Shown: one piece after another, positions 51,867 through 61,421 of the stretch
Numbering within the stretch: position 1 is the stretch's first letter
Layout: each line of letters begins with the position of its first letter
Source: an uncultured Actinomycetota bacterium
GTDB lineage: Bacteria; Actinomycetota; Actinomycetes; Jiangellales; Jiangellaceae
Length of the DNA stretch: 64,000 nucleotides
Direction of reading: 5' to 3'
Assembly: GCA_963792805.1 (NCBI GenBank)
Contig: CAWBXN010000003.1
Location: forward strand, 38,879-102,878
Program-made: the position numbers and the translations under genes
The notes under the pieces: model-generated
Told to the model about the DNA's origin: nothing
Databases searched by the model: none
The model's input: the letters and a program-made list of their open reading frames with translations, nothing else

Positions 51867-53483
51867 GTGACGACGTCGGTGCGCGTGGAGCCAGGCCACC
51901 TCGTCGTCGACCGGTACCAGGTCGGGGTACAGGTCGACGACAACTGGGGGGTGCGTGGCTGGCGGGCGCGCGACGAGCTGCTGGCTCGCGACGTCCTGCT
52001 CACCACGTGCCACCCCAACGACCCACGAGCCCCCGCGCTGGTGGAAGCGGCCCGCGCCGCGGCCCGGGTGGACGACCACCGCCTCATGCGCGTGCTGGAC
52101 GCCCATCTGGACGGCGACTCCTGCTACATCGTGCGGGAGTGGGTCGGCTCCCGGACGCTCACGGACCTCCTGAGCTCCGGTCCTCTTCCGGAGCAGACGG
52201 TGCTCTCCCTGGGTACCGACATCGCCGAGGTGGTGGCCAAGGTCCACGAGCACGGGCTCTCGCACCTGTGCCTGGATCCCTCCTGCGTGCTGTTCAGTGA
52301 CGACGGTGCCCTGCACCTGCGGGGCACGGGAACCTCGCAGGTACTTCGCGGCGTGGTGGCCTCGCCGGAAGGACCGGCCAAGGACGACGCCGTAGGGCTC
52401 GGTCGGCTCCTGTTCGCCATGCTCACCGGGCTCCTGCCCGACCAGGTCGGAAGCGGGCTGCCACAGGCGCCGGGGACGGCTCGGATGGCCCCACGCCAGG
52501 TCAAGGCCGGCGTGGACCCGCTCCTGGACGGGGTGACGGTGCGCGCGCTCGGGACGGCCCGCTCACGACGGATCGGCGCGTTCACGAGCCCGGAGCAGGT
52601 CGCCACCGCACTGGTGAGCCTGCGCCGGCGCGATGGGCTGCGCCGCGTCGCCACCCAGAGTCGCCCCGAGGTCGGGCACCGGTCGATCACCGCCCAGCCC
52701 GCCCGCACAGCTGCCATCCTGCGCCCCGCTCTGGACCCGGACGCCTTGACCGACACCCAGACCCGCGTCGCCGGGTCGGCGCCGACGCCGACGAGTGCCG
52801 GCCCGAAGGACCCGCCCGGTTCGCTGACGGGTCCGGAGCTCGGTGCCCCCGGTGGACCTACCGCCCCGGTTGCCGTGGGGCAGGCACGTCTGCCCTGGAC
52901 GGTGAAGGTCGTCGCCGTCGGCGCCGCGGCGCTCGTGGTCGCCGGGCTCGCACTGCTGGCGTGGCAGCTGCTGGACCCGCCGGAACCGCAGACCCGAGTG
53001 GGCGGACCTGGCGCCGGGCTGGAGCCGGGGATCGGTGACCCGGTGTCGCCGGTCGACGCCCTGGACTTCGACCCGTTGGGCGACGGCCGCGAGAACCTCG
53101 CCCGCGTCGAGGACGCCATCGACGGCGACGTGAGCACCGCCTGGCCCACGCAGACCTACTTCGACCCGATGGAGCTCCAGAAGGACGGCGTCGGCCTCAT
53201 CGCTGACCTCGGCTCCGTCACCCAGGTCTCCGAGGTCGACCTCTCCCTGCTCGGCGACGGCAGCGACGTGCAGGTCTACGTCGGCTCACCGACGCAGGTG
53301 CGGCTGCCGGCGAGCCTGAGCGTGCTGAGCCCCTTCGGGAAGACCCAGGAGGACGCGCCAGAGGAGGTCGCCGTCCTCGGGGATTCGGTCCAGACCCGGT
53401 ACGTCCTGGTCTGGTTCACCCGACTCCCGGCGGTGGAAGCCGGCTGGCAGGGCGGTGTCCGCGAGCTGGTGGTCCGACCCTGA
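51867..53483 (+). CDS. protein-kinase-like pseudokinase, single TM helix, extracellular carbohydrate-binding-like domain (equivalent of the C-terminal half of mycobacterial MviN)
   Basis: In frame with ORF 51102..53483. Start is GTG at 51867 or 51879. Kinase-fold sequence present, but the catalytic loop reads HGLSHLCLDPSCVLF (no HRD Asp) and there is no DFG. TM helix VKVVAVGAAALVVAGLALLAW. C-terminal DGDVSTAWPTQTY... domain. Confidence 0.7.
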   Translation: MTTSVRVEPGHLVVDRYQVGVQVDDNWGVRGWRARDELLARDVLLTTCHPNDPRAPALVEAARAAARVDDHRLMRVLDAHLDGDSCYIVREWVGSRTLTDLLSSGPLPEQTVLSLGTDIAEVVAKVHEHGLSHLCLDPSCVLFSDDGALHLRGTGTSQVLRGVVASPEGPAKDDAVGLGRLLFAMLTGLLPDQVGSGLPQAPGTARMAPRQVKAGVDPLLDGVTVRALGTARSRRIGAFTSPEQVATALVSLRRRDGLRRVATQSRPEVGHRSITAQPARTAAILRPALDPDALTDTQTRVAGSAPTPTSAGPKDPPGSLTGPELGAPGGPTAPVAVGQARLPWTVKVVAVGAAALVVAGLALLAWQLLDPPEPQTRVGGPGAGLEPGIGDPVSPVDALDFDPLGDGRENLARVEDAIDGDVSTAWPTQTYFDPMELQKDGVGLIADLGSVTQVSEVDLSLLGDGSDVQVYVGSPTQVRLPASLSVLSPFGKTQEDAPEEVAVLGDSVQTRYVLVWFTRLPAVEAGWQGGVRELVVRP

Positions 53484-54136
53484 GCCGGCAGCGCGTCGAG
53501 TCGCTCGACGACGCCGACCTGCTGGCGGCGCACGTCGCCGGTGACCGCGACGCGTTCGGCCTGCTGGTCCAACGCCACCGTGACCGGCTGTGGGCCGTGG
53601 CGCTCCAGACGTTGGGCAACCCCGAGGACGCCGCCGATGCCCTGCAGGACGGGCTGCTCAACGCGATGCGCAGGGCGGCGGGCTTCCGGGGCGAGGCGGC
53701 GGTGACCACCTGGCTGCACCGAGTGGTGGTCAATGCCTGCCTGGACCGGGTCCGCCGCGAAGGCAGCCGACCGCGAGCGCTCCTGGACCCCGAGGTGGCC
53801 CAGGCGGTAGCCGACCCGCGGGACGCCATCAGCGACGGGGCTCGAGCGATCGACGTGCAGCAAGCGCTGTCGGCCCTGCCGCCCGAGCAGCAGGCCGCCT
53901 TGGTCCTCGTGGACCTGCAGGGCTTCTCGGTCCAGGATGCCGCGACGATCCTGGAGTGCCCACCCGGCACGGTGAAGAGCCGCTGCGCGCGTGGCCGTGC
54001 CGCGCTGCGGCCCATGCTGGCCGCCTACGGCCCGGCGCAGGCGTCCGACGGGCCGCGCGCTCGGAACCGATCCGCGGCTTCGGACGTCGAAGGTGAAGAG
54101 GGTCCATCGCCGCAGCCGGAGAGGAGGAACCGGTGA
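53480..54136 (+). CDS. sigM: ECF sigma factor, SigM-like
   Basis: ORF track starts at GTG 53597. The same frame upstream encodes conserved region 2.1 (DDADLLAAHVAGDRDAFGLLVQRHRDRLWAVAL). The only candidate start there is CTG at 53480, overlapping the upstream TGA. Region 4 is QQAALVLVDLQGFSVQDAATILECPPGTVKSRCARGR. Confidence 0.8.
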   Translation: MSRQRVESLDDADLLAAHVAGDRDAFGLLVQRHRDRLWAVALQTLGNPEDAADALQDGLLNAMRRAAGFRGEAAVTTWLHRVVVNACLDRVRREGSRPRALLDPEVAQAVADPRDAISDGARAIDVQQALSALPPEQQAALVLVDLQGFSVQDAATILECPPGTVKSRCARGRAALRPMLAAYGPAQASDGPRARNRSAASDVEGEEGPSPQPERRNR

Positions 54137-54954
54137 ACCGTGCCGACAGCGGCGAGGAAGAGCCGCTCAACCACCTCTCCGACGAGGCGCTGCTGGACTC
54201 CTGCCTCGACTGGCCGGAACGACCGGGAGACGCGGTCCTCGCCCAGCACCTCCTCGCCTGCGAGTCGTGCCGCTCCCGGCTCACCCGCCTGCGGGAGCAG
54301 GACCGCGCCGTGTCCGAGCTGCTGCGCGGGTTGCCTCCGGCGCCGCCGATGCCCGATGCACTGGCCGCTCGGTTGGACGCGGCACTCGAGGAGGCACGGA
54401 ACCCAGGCTCGCCGCAGGAGCAGGAGGGGCGGCCGGACGCCGACGTGATCCCGTTGCGGAGTGCGCGCTGGCGGGCCATGACGCTCCCGGTCGCCGCGAG
54501 CGTCGCCCTCCTCGCCGGCCTCGGGCTGCTCGTGGGCCCCCAGCTCGGTCGTCTGTACCCCGCCACCCAGGGTCAGGCCGAGTCCAGCTCCGGCGGGACC
54601 GTCGGGACCACCGCAGCCGATGCACTGGCCGCCCCGCCGGCCGCGACGGCCCTGCCGCCGGCGGTCCAGCAGCGCGCCGACGACCTCGGGTCGTTCACCG
54701 CCTCCGGTAAGGACTCGGAGGGGGCGGCAGCACAAGCAGAGGCAGCCACCACGACGAAGCGCGCCGGAACCTGCGGCGCTCCCCTGGCCGAAGAGCTGGA
54801 TGCCACGGTGATGCTGGTCGAGGCCGTCCCGGCCGCCGACGGTGGCGGGATACTGGTCCTGCTGGCGTCCCCGGACGAGCCGAGGACGCCTGGTGAGGTC
54901 TGGTGGCTGCCGAGCTGTACGTCCGGGACCACCGAGGCGCTGGGCCGGGGCTGA
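54133..54954 (+). CDS. zinc-binding (ZAS-type) anti-sigma factor, single TM helix
   Basis: ORF 54133..54954. GTG overlaps the sigM stop (GTGA). HxxxCxxC motif AQHLLACESCRSR. TM helix LPVAASVALLAGLGLLVG. Confidence 0.75.
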   Translation: MNRADSGEEEPLNHLSDEALLDSCLDWPERPGDAVLAQHLLACESCRSRLTRLREQDRAVSELLRGLPPAPPMPDALAARLDAALEEARNPGSPQEQEGRPDADVIPLRSARWRAMTLPVAASVALLAGLGLLVGPQLGRLYPATQGQAESSSGGTVGTTAADALAAPPAATALPPAVQQRADDLGSFTASGKDSEGAAAQAEAATTTKRAGTCGAPLAEELDATVMLVEAVPAADGGGILVLLASPDEPRTPGEVWWLPSCTSGTTEALGRG

Positions 54955-55035
54955 TGCGGGAATCAGCGGCTGCTCGCATGGGTTGACCTGGCGACCACGA
55001 GAACGAACGAGCGAGCGACACCCTGCGGAGGAACC

Positions 55036-56088
55036 GTGCCCGAGCTGAACGCCGGCAACATCGTCCTGCCCGGCTCCCTGATCGCCACGAGCTCGGCCCC
55101 GGCGGAGCTGGACGCGGGCGCACCCCAGGACGACGCCGTGCACGAGGTGGTCATCGTCGGCTCCGGCCCAGCGGGCTACACCGCCGCGGTCTACGCCGCG
55201 CGAGCTCGGCTGGCACCGGTGCTGCTCGAGGGCAGCGTCACCGCGGGCGGCGCCTTGATGAACACCACCGAGGTGGAGAACTTCCCCGGGTTCGCCGAGG
55301 GCATCATGGGACCGCAGCTCATGGACGCCATGCGCGAGCAGGCCGAGCGCTTCGGCGCCCAGCTCGTCACCGACGACGCGGTCGAGGTCGATCTCACCGG
55401 AGCGGTCAAGGTGGTCCGCGACGGGTCCGGGCACACCTACAGAGCCAGGTCGGTCATCCTGGCCATGGGGTCCGGCTACCGCGAGCTGGGACTGGCCGAC
55501 GAGAAGCGCCTGTCCGGGCATGGCGTGTCCTGGTGCGCCACCTGCGACGGCTTCTTCTTCCGGGAGCAGGAGATCGCCGTGGTCGGAGGCGGGGACTCCG
55601 CGATCGAGGAGGCCACCTTCCTGACCCGCTTCGCCAGCCGGGTCCACCTCATCCACCGGCGCGAGGAGCTTCGGGCCTCGAAGGTCATGCAGGAACGTGC
55701 CTTCAACGACCCGAAGATCCAGATGCACTGGAACACCGCGGTGGCCGCGATCCAGGGTGAGGACGCCGTGACCGGCCTACGCCTCCTCGACACCACCACC
55801 GGGGCCGAGCGCGACCTGGCGGTCACCGGCCTGTTCGTCGCGATCGGCCACGACCCCCGTTCCGAGCTCGTCCGCGGGCAGGTCGACCTGGACGCCGAGG
55901 GCTACGTGCTCGTGCAGGCCGGGTCGACGCGAACGAACGTCCCCGGGGTGTTCGCCGCCGGTGACCTGGTGGACCACACCTACCGCCAGGCGGTCACGGC
56001 CGCCGGCACTGGCTGCCAGGCTGCCCTGGATGCCGAGCGGTATCTTGCCGCCCAGACCGACGCCGCGCTCGTCGCCACGCACGCCTGA
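55036..56088 (+). CDS. trxB: thioredoxin-disulfide reductase
   Basis: ORF 55036..56088. FAD motif [14 protein letters not shown]. Redox centre [15 protein letters not shown] motif [12 protein letters not shown]. Confidence 0.95.
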   Translation: MPELNAGNIVLPGSLIATSSAPAELDAGAPQDDAVHEVVIVGSGPAGYTAAVYAARARLAPVLLEGSVTAGGALMNTTEVENFPGFAEGIMGPQLMDAMREQAERFGAQLVTDDAVEVDLTGAVKVVRDGSGHTYRARSVILAMGSGYRELGLADEKRLSGHGVSWCATCDGFFFREQEIAVVGGGDSAIEEATFLTRFASRVHLIHRREELRASKVMQERAFNDPKIQMHWNTAVAAIQGEDAVTGLRLLDTTTGAERDLAVTGLFVAIGHDPRSELVRGQVDLDAEGYVLVQAGSTRTNVPGVFAAGDLVDHTYRQAVTAAGTGCQAALDAERYLAAQTDAALVATHA

Positions 56089-56150
56089 CACGTCCCTTCG
56101 ACACCACGCCTGTTCGATCGCCTGCCACGCCTGACCCGAGGAGCCATCGC

Positions 56151-56474
56151 ATGACCGTGAACGCCGTCACCGACCAGGACTTCACCAACGTCGTCCTGCA
56201 GAGCGACAAGCCCGTGCTCGTCGACTTCTGGGCCGAGTGGTGCGCGCCCTGTCGGATGGTGTCCCCAGTGCTCGACGAGCTGTCGAACAGCCACGGCGAG
56301 AAGATGGCGTTCGTCAAGCTGAACGTGGACGAGAACCCGCAGACGGCCGCGGCCTACCGCGTCACCTCGATCCCAACGCTCAACGTCTACCAGGCCGGAC
56401 AGGTGGTCAAGCAGATCGTCGGTGCCCGACCGAAGGCCGCGATCCTGGCCGAGCTCCAGCCCTACCTGGGCTGA
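56151..56474 (+). CDS. trxA: thioredoxin
   Basis: ORF 56151..56474, 107 aa. Active site WCAPC (56238..56252) in VLVDFWAEWCAPCRMVSP. Confidence 0.95.
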   Translation: MTVNAVTDQDFTNVVLQSDKPVLVDFWAEWCAPCRMVSPVLDELSNSHGEKMAFVKLNVDENPQTAAAYRVTSIPTLNVYQAGQVVKQIVGARPKAAILAELQPYLG

Positions 56475-56586
56475 GTGAACCGTGGCCCTACGATGAGGCC
56501 ACTGTCCTCGGCCGCCCGCAGGGTCGGCCACCCGGTCGGGCGCACGAGACCCGGTCGCTGAGCAGACCTGTTGAGGTGCCGCCCGC

Positions 56587-57738
56587 ATGTCATCCCCTCG
56601 CCCCGCCTTCCGGTTGGGTGACCGCGGCGCGGCAGTTGCCGAGATCCGCCGCAAGCTGGTCATCATCGGGCTCCTGGGTGCCGACCAGGACGCCCCCGCG
56701 GCGCTGGACGAGTTCACCGCGGCCACCGAGCGCGCTGTGCGGCAGTTTCAGCAGGAACGAGGCCTGACCGCGGACGGCATCGTCGGACCGGCCACCTACC
56801 GAGTCCTCGACGAGGCACGCTGGCGACTCGGAGACCGGCTGCTCTACCACGACGCCACCCGACGACTCGTCGGCGACGACATCCTCGACCTGCAGCGACG
56901 TCTCGCCGAGCTCGGGTTCGACGTGAACCGCGTGGACGGGGTCTTCGGGCCGACCACCGAGGCAGCCGTCCGGGAGTTCCAGCGCAACGTGGGGCTCCCG
57001 CCGGACGGCACCTGCGGGCCCGGCACATTCAAGGCCCTGCGCCGGCTCGCGCCGATGGTGACAGGGGGGTCCTCGGACTCGCTGCGCGCGGCCGAGGAGC
57101 TTCGCAAGGCTGGGCCGAGGCTCAGCGGCAAGGGGCTCGTGCTGGACCCTGGCCACGGGGGGCCGGATCGCGGGGTCGAGGCGAACGGCCTGGTCGAGGC
57201 CGACATCGTGGCTGACATCGCCAACCGGGTGGAGGGTCGGCTGGCCGCCACCGGGGTCCGGGTCTGGCTGACGCGGGGGCCGGGGCTGGACCATGTGGTC
57301 GACGAACGCAGCCGGGCAACCTTCGCCAATGCCACCAACGCCGACCTGGTCCTGTCCCTGCACTGCGAGAGCCATCCCAGTCCACGCGCCAACGGCGCCG
57401 CCACCTTCTACTTCGGGCGCAACGAGCAGATGGGCAGTGCCCTCGGCGCCATGGCTGCATCACTCGTCCAGCGCGAGATCGCTGCCCGTACCGACCTGGT
57501 CGACTGCCGCACGTCTCCGAAGACGTGGGACCTGCTGCGCTACACCAGGATGCCCGCGATCCGAGTCGAGGCTGGGTACCTGACCAACCCGCACGACGCC
57601 GCGCGGCTGGGCGACCCGGCGTTCCGCGATGCCGTCGCCGAGTCGATCGCGATCGGCTTCCAGCGCCTCTACCTGCCGGCCGACGTCGACCCGGACACCG
57701 GGACGCTGCGCTGGGAGGACGTGCTGGCGGCCGAGTGA
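56587..57738 (+). CDS. cwlM: N-acetylmuramoyl-L-alanine amidase family protein with two PG-binding domains (CwlM-like)
   Basis: ORF 56587..57738. Two PG_binding_1 repeats (VRQFQQERGLTADGIVGPATYRVL and VREFQRNVGLPPDGTCGPGTFKAL). Amidase_3 domain (LDPGHGGPDRG). Confidence 0.9.
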   Translation: MSSPRPAFRLGDRGAAVAEIRRKLVIIGLLGADQDAPAALDEFTAATERAVRQFQQERGLTADGIVGPATYRVLDEARWRLGDRLLYHDATRRLVGDDILDLQRRLAELGFDVNRVDGVFGPTTEAAVREFQRNVGLPPDGTCGPGTFKALRRLAPMVTGGSSDSLRAAEELRKAGPRLSGKGLVLDPGHGGPDRGVEANGLVEADIVADIANRVEGRLAATGVRVWLTRGPGLDHVVDERSRATFANATNADLVLSLHCESHPSPRANGAATFYFGRNEQMGSALGAMAASLVQREIAARTDLVDCRTSPKTWDLLRYTRMPAIRVEAGYLTNPHDAARLGDPAFRDAVAESIAIGFQRLYLPADVDPDTGTLRWEDVLAAE

Positions 57739-57745
57739 GTGGCCC

Positions 57746-57940
57746 TCAGTGCGCTGCCGGCGGTGCGAGCCGTCCACGGTGCGGGCCCACGGCCCTCGGT
57801 GAGCTCGCCGGTTCCGGGGCGACGTACACCGACTGCTCGGGGGTGACCCGTCGTCGGAGCAGCCCGATGAGGATGCCGAGCAGCATCCCGATGCCAAGCG
57901 CGAGCAACCCGAGCGCCGCCAGCCGCAGCCAATGCCCCAT
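57746..57940 (-). CDS. small hypothetical membrane protein (64 aa)
   Basis: ORF 57746..57940. ATG preceded by AGGAGG with 4-nt spacing. One TM helix LRLAALGLLALGIGMLLGILIGLL followed by RRR. Confidence 0.45.
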   Translation of the reverse strand: MGHWLRLAALGLLALGIGMLLGILIGLLRRRVTPEQSVYVAPEPASSPRAVGPHRGRLAPPAAH

Positions 57941-58032
57941 GTCGCCTCCTGTCAGCGCCGGGTGATCGCGGTGCCGTCCTCGAGCCGCGCCACCCGGCCG
58001 ATTCCCCAGTCCGGGGTCGCATCAGGCATCGT

Positions 58033-59385
58033 ATGCGGATGACCGAGCCACCAGAGGACGCGTCCGCCCGAGGGTCGCAGCCTGCGGTCCTCGCCGCCGG
58101 CCAAGGTTCCCGCCTGGACTCCTCGGTCCACCGCTACGCCGCGCGGACCGCGGGGATGAGCGCCTCGGAGATCCGATCGCTGTTCGCGGTGGCGTCCCGC
58201 CCTGAGGTGGTCTCGCTCGCCGGGGGCATGCCCGGCCTGGACCAGCTCCCGCTGGACGTCGTCAGCAGCCTGGCCGCTCGGATGGTGCTGGAGCAGGGTC
58301 ACGTGGCGCTGCAGTACGGCTCCGGGCAGGGGGAGGAGCGGCTTCGCGAGCAGATCGTCGAGGTGATGCGGCCGGTGGGGGTCGTCGCCCACCCCGACGA
58401 CGTCGTCGTCACCGTGGGCTCCCAGCACGCCCTCGACCTGGTGACCCGTGTGTTCATCGACCCTGGCGACGTCGTGGTGGCCGAAGCGCCGTCGTACGTC
58501 GGCGCGCTCGGGACATTCAGGGCATATCAGGCTGAGGTCGTCCACGTCGCCCTCGACGACGACGGGTTGGACCCCGACGCGCTGGACGTCGCGCTGACGT
58601 CCCTGGCAGCCGAGGGTCGGCGGGTGAAGCTGCTGTACACGATCCCGAACTTCCAGAACCCCTCCGGTGTGACGCTGAGCGCTCCACGCCGCGCGCGTGT
58701 GCTCGAGGTGTGTCGACGCCACGACGTCCTGATCCTCGAGGACGACCCCTACGGTCTGCTCGGCTTCGACGTCGACCCGCCGAGAGCCCTGCGCGCAGAC
58801 GAGGAACAGGTCATCTACCTGGGGTCCTTCTCCAAGACGTTCGCCCCCGGCCTCCGGGTGGGCTGGGCGCTGGCCCCGCACGCGGTCCGCGAGAAGCTCG
58901 TGCTGGCGGCGGAGGCGAGCGTCCTGTGCCCGCCCGCCTTCAGTCAGCGGCTGGTCTCCACCTACTTGGAGCACCACGACTGGCTCGGGCAGGTCAAGAC
59001 GTTTCGGCAGATGTACCGGGAGCGCCGCGACGCGATGCTCGAAGGCCTGGCGGACCTGTTCCCACCCGGGAGCCGCTGGACCCATCCGGACGGCGGCTTC
59101 TACGTCTGGCTGACGCTGCCCGAAGGCGTCGACGCCCGGGCGATGCTTCCGCGCGCGGTCACCGAACGCGTGGCCTATGTCCCCGGCACGGCGTTCTACG
59201 CCGACGGCCTCGGCAGCCGGGCGATGCGTCTGTCCTACTGCCACCCGACACCAGAGCGCATCCGCGAAGGCGTGCGCCGACTGGCCGGTGTGGTCGAGGC
59301 GGAGCTGGACCTGCTGGCCACGTTCGGACCCATGCACGCCGCCGGGCGCCCGGGCCTGGGCACGCCGGCCCCGGACCTCACATGA
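58033..59385 (+). CDS. PLP-dependent aminotransferase, class I/II fold (LysN/Aro8-like)
   Basis: ORF 58033..59385. SASEIRSLFAVASRPEVVSLAGGMP opening and PLP-lysine motif SFSKTFAPGLRVGW. Confidence 0.85.
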   Translation: MRMTEPPEDASARGSQPAVLAAGQGSRLDSSVHRYAARTAGMSASEIRSLFAVASRPEVVSLAGGMPGLDQLPLDVVSSLAARMVLEQGHVALQYGSGQGEERLREQIVEVMRPVGVVAHPDDVVVTVGSQHALDLVTRVFIDPGDVVVAEAPSYVGALGTFRAYQAEVVHVALDDDGLDPDALDVALTSLAAEGRRVKLLYTIPNFQNPSGVTLSAPRRARVLEVCRRHDVLILEDDPYGLLGFDVDPPRALRADEEQVIYLGSFSKTFAPGLRVGWALAPHAVREKLVLAAEASVLCPPAFSQRLVSTYLEHHDWLGQVKTFRQMYRERRDAMLEGLADLFPPGSRWTHPDGGFYVWLTLPEGVDARAMLPRAVTERVAYVPGTAFYADGLGSRAMRLSYCHPTPERIREGVRRLAGVVEAELDLLATFGPMHAAGRPGLGTPAPDLT

Positions 59386-59440
59386 GCCCGGGTCCGTGCC
59401 CTCGCCCGCTCGTTCCGCACGCCACCGTGGAGGTCCTGCG

Positions 59441-60442
59441 ATGAGTTCGCTGCCGGAGAGTCTGCAACCGGTGCTGGTGCTGGCGGGAGGGTTGTCCCAC
59501 GAGCGCGACGTGTCCCTGCGCTCCGGGCGCCGGGCCGCCGAGGCGCTGCGCGCGGCCGGTCTCGAGGTGGAGCTGCGCGACGTCGATGCCAGCCTGCTCC
59601 CCGCGATGATGGCCGCCGCCCCGGGCGCGGTGATCCCGCTGCTGCACGGGGGGCCGGGAGAGGACGGATCCTTGCGGGCGGTGCTCGAGCTGCTGCACCT
59701 GCCGTACGTCGGGACCCGCCCGACGCCGAGTCGGCTCGCTTACGACAAGCCGACCGCGAACGCCCTGGTCGCAGCCACCGGCGTCGCCGTCCCCGAGACG
59801 ATCACCCTGCCGGAGAGCACCTTCCGTGACCTCGGCGCCGACCGCCTGCTGCGCGCGGTCGCCGACCGCCTGGGCTTCCCGCTCGTGGTCCAGCCCGCGC
59901 GCGGCGGCTCCTCCCTGGGCTGCACCGTGGTTCGCGAGCCGGCCGAGCTGCCCTCGGCCATGGTCTCGTGCTTCGCCTACGGCGACGACGCGATGCTCCA
60001 GCAGTTCATCACCGGGACCGAGGTCGCCGTGTCGCTGGTCGAGCGGGTGACCCCGGAAGAGTCGCCGGACGTGCAGGCCCTGCCGGTGGTGGAGATCGTG
60101 GCCGACGGCGGCACCTACGACTACACCGCCCGGTACACCGCGGGCACGACCGAGTTCTTCGTCCCGGCACGACTGGCCGAGGACACGCTGGCCGAGGCAG
60201 TCGCGGCCGGGACCACCGCGCACCGGGCCCTGCGCCTGCGTGATCTGTCCCGCATCGACCTGCTCGTGGACGGGCGAGGGGTCCCATGGTTCCTCGAGGC
60301 CAACGTGGCCCCCGGCCTGACCGAGACCTCGACGTTCCCGCAGGCCGTCGAGGCCGCGGGGTTGGACCTCGGCCGACTGCTGGCCGGCCTCGTGGCCGGC
60401 GCCGTCACTCGGGCCGCGGCAGACGATCCATCGTCGCGATGA
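59441..60442 (+). CDS. ddl: D-alanine--D-alanine ligase
   Basis: ATG at 59441 (GGAGG 8 nt upstream) in ORF 59177..60442. VLVLAGGLSHERDVSLRSG opening. ATP-grasp body with HGGPGEDGSLRAVLELL and EANVAPGLTETS. Confidence 0.9.
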   Translation: MSSLPESLQPVLVLAGGLSHERDVSLRSGRRAAEALRAAGLEVELRDVDASLLPAMMAAAPGAVIPLLHGGPGEDGSLRAVLELLHLPYVGTRPTPSRLAYDKPTANALVAATGVAVPETITLPESTFRDLGADRLLRAVADRLGFPLVVQPARGGSSLGCTVVREPAELPSAMVSCFAYGDDAMLQQFITGTEVAVSLVERVTPEESPDVQALPVVEIVADGGTYDYTARYTAGTTEFFVPARLAEDTLAEAVAAGTTAHRALRLRDLSRIDLLVDGRGVPWFLEANVAPGLTETSTFPQAVEAAGLDLGRLLAGLVAGAVTRAAADDPSSR

Positions 60443-61421
60443 TCCGTCGCAGGTCGTCGATCCCGGCGAACTCGATCGTCATCCGGCCCTTGCGCTTGCC
60501 CAGATCGACGCAGACGCGAGTGTCCAGGCGATCCCCCAGCGCCCTCACCAACGCTGACACCTCACCGGGCACCTCGGCCCGGGAACGGGGACGCCTGGCC
60601 GGCCTGGTCGTGGTGCCCAAGGACACCAGCTCCTCCACCGCTCGGACCGACAGCCCCTCGGCCACGACTCGCTGGGCCAGCAGCTCTTGCTCCAGTGGGT
60701 CAGACACCCCGAGGAGGGCTCGCGCATGCCCGGCCGACAGGACGCCGGCAGCCACCCGCCGCTGCACGAGCGGAGGCAGCCGCAGCAGCCGCAGGGTGTT
60801 GGACACCTGGGGGCGAGAGCGACGTACCCGCTCGGCGAGCTCGTCCTGGGTGCAGTCGAAGTCGTTCATGAGCTGCTGGTAGGCCGCCGCCTCCTCCAGC
60901 GGGTTCAGCTGGCTGCGGTGCAGGTTCTCCAGCAGAGCGTCTCGCAGCATGGCGTCGTCGTCGGTCTCCCGGACGATCGCCGGGATCAGCTGGAGGCCCG
61001 CGTCGCGGCACGCCCGCCAGCGACGCTCCCCCACGACCAGCTCGAAGCCCACCGGGTCCGCCGATCCCAGGGGTCGCACCACCACCGGCTGCAGCAAGCC
61101 GATCTCGGTGATCGAGGCGACCAGCTCGGCGTGCTCGTCCTCGTCGAAGACCTGCCGCGGCTGGCGCGGGTTCGCCCGGATGGCCTGGATCGGGATCTCC
61201 CGGAAGGTCACCCCGACGACCTCGACCAGGTCCGGCGACACCACCGGGTCGACCCCCACCGGTGGCTCCACCGGTGCAGTCGGCTCGAAGTAGACGTCCA
61301 TCGGCGAGGGCCCGTCGACGTCGCGCGGTCCGCTGGGGATGAGCGCCCCCAGGCCGCGGCCCAGCCGGCGGCGCTCCGGGCGCTCGGTGCGCTCCGTGCG
61401 AGTCGGCTCCTCGATCCTCAT
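60405..61421 (-). CDS. parB: chromosome partitioning protein ParB
   Basis: ORF 60405..61421. RANPRQPRQVFDE, LQPVVVRP and GERRWRA motifs plus HTH region. Confidence 0.95.
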   Translation of the reverse strand: MRIEEPTRTERTERPERRRLGRGLGALIPSGPRDVDGPSPMDVYFEPTAPVEPPVGVDPVVSPDLVEVVGVTFREIPIQAIRANPRQPRQVFDEDEHAELVASITEIGLLQPVVVRPLGSADPVGFELVVGERRWRACRDAGLQLIPAIVRETDDDAMLRDALLENLHRSQLNPLEEAAAYQQLMNDFDCTQDELAERVRRSRPQVSNTLRLLRLPPLVQRRVAAGVLSAGHARALLGVSDPLEQELLAQRVVAEGLSVRAVEELVSLGTTTRPARRPRSRAEVPGEVSALVRALGDRLDTRVCVDLGKRKGRMTIEFAGIDDLRRIIATMDRLPRPE

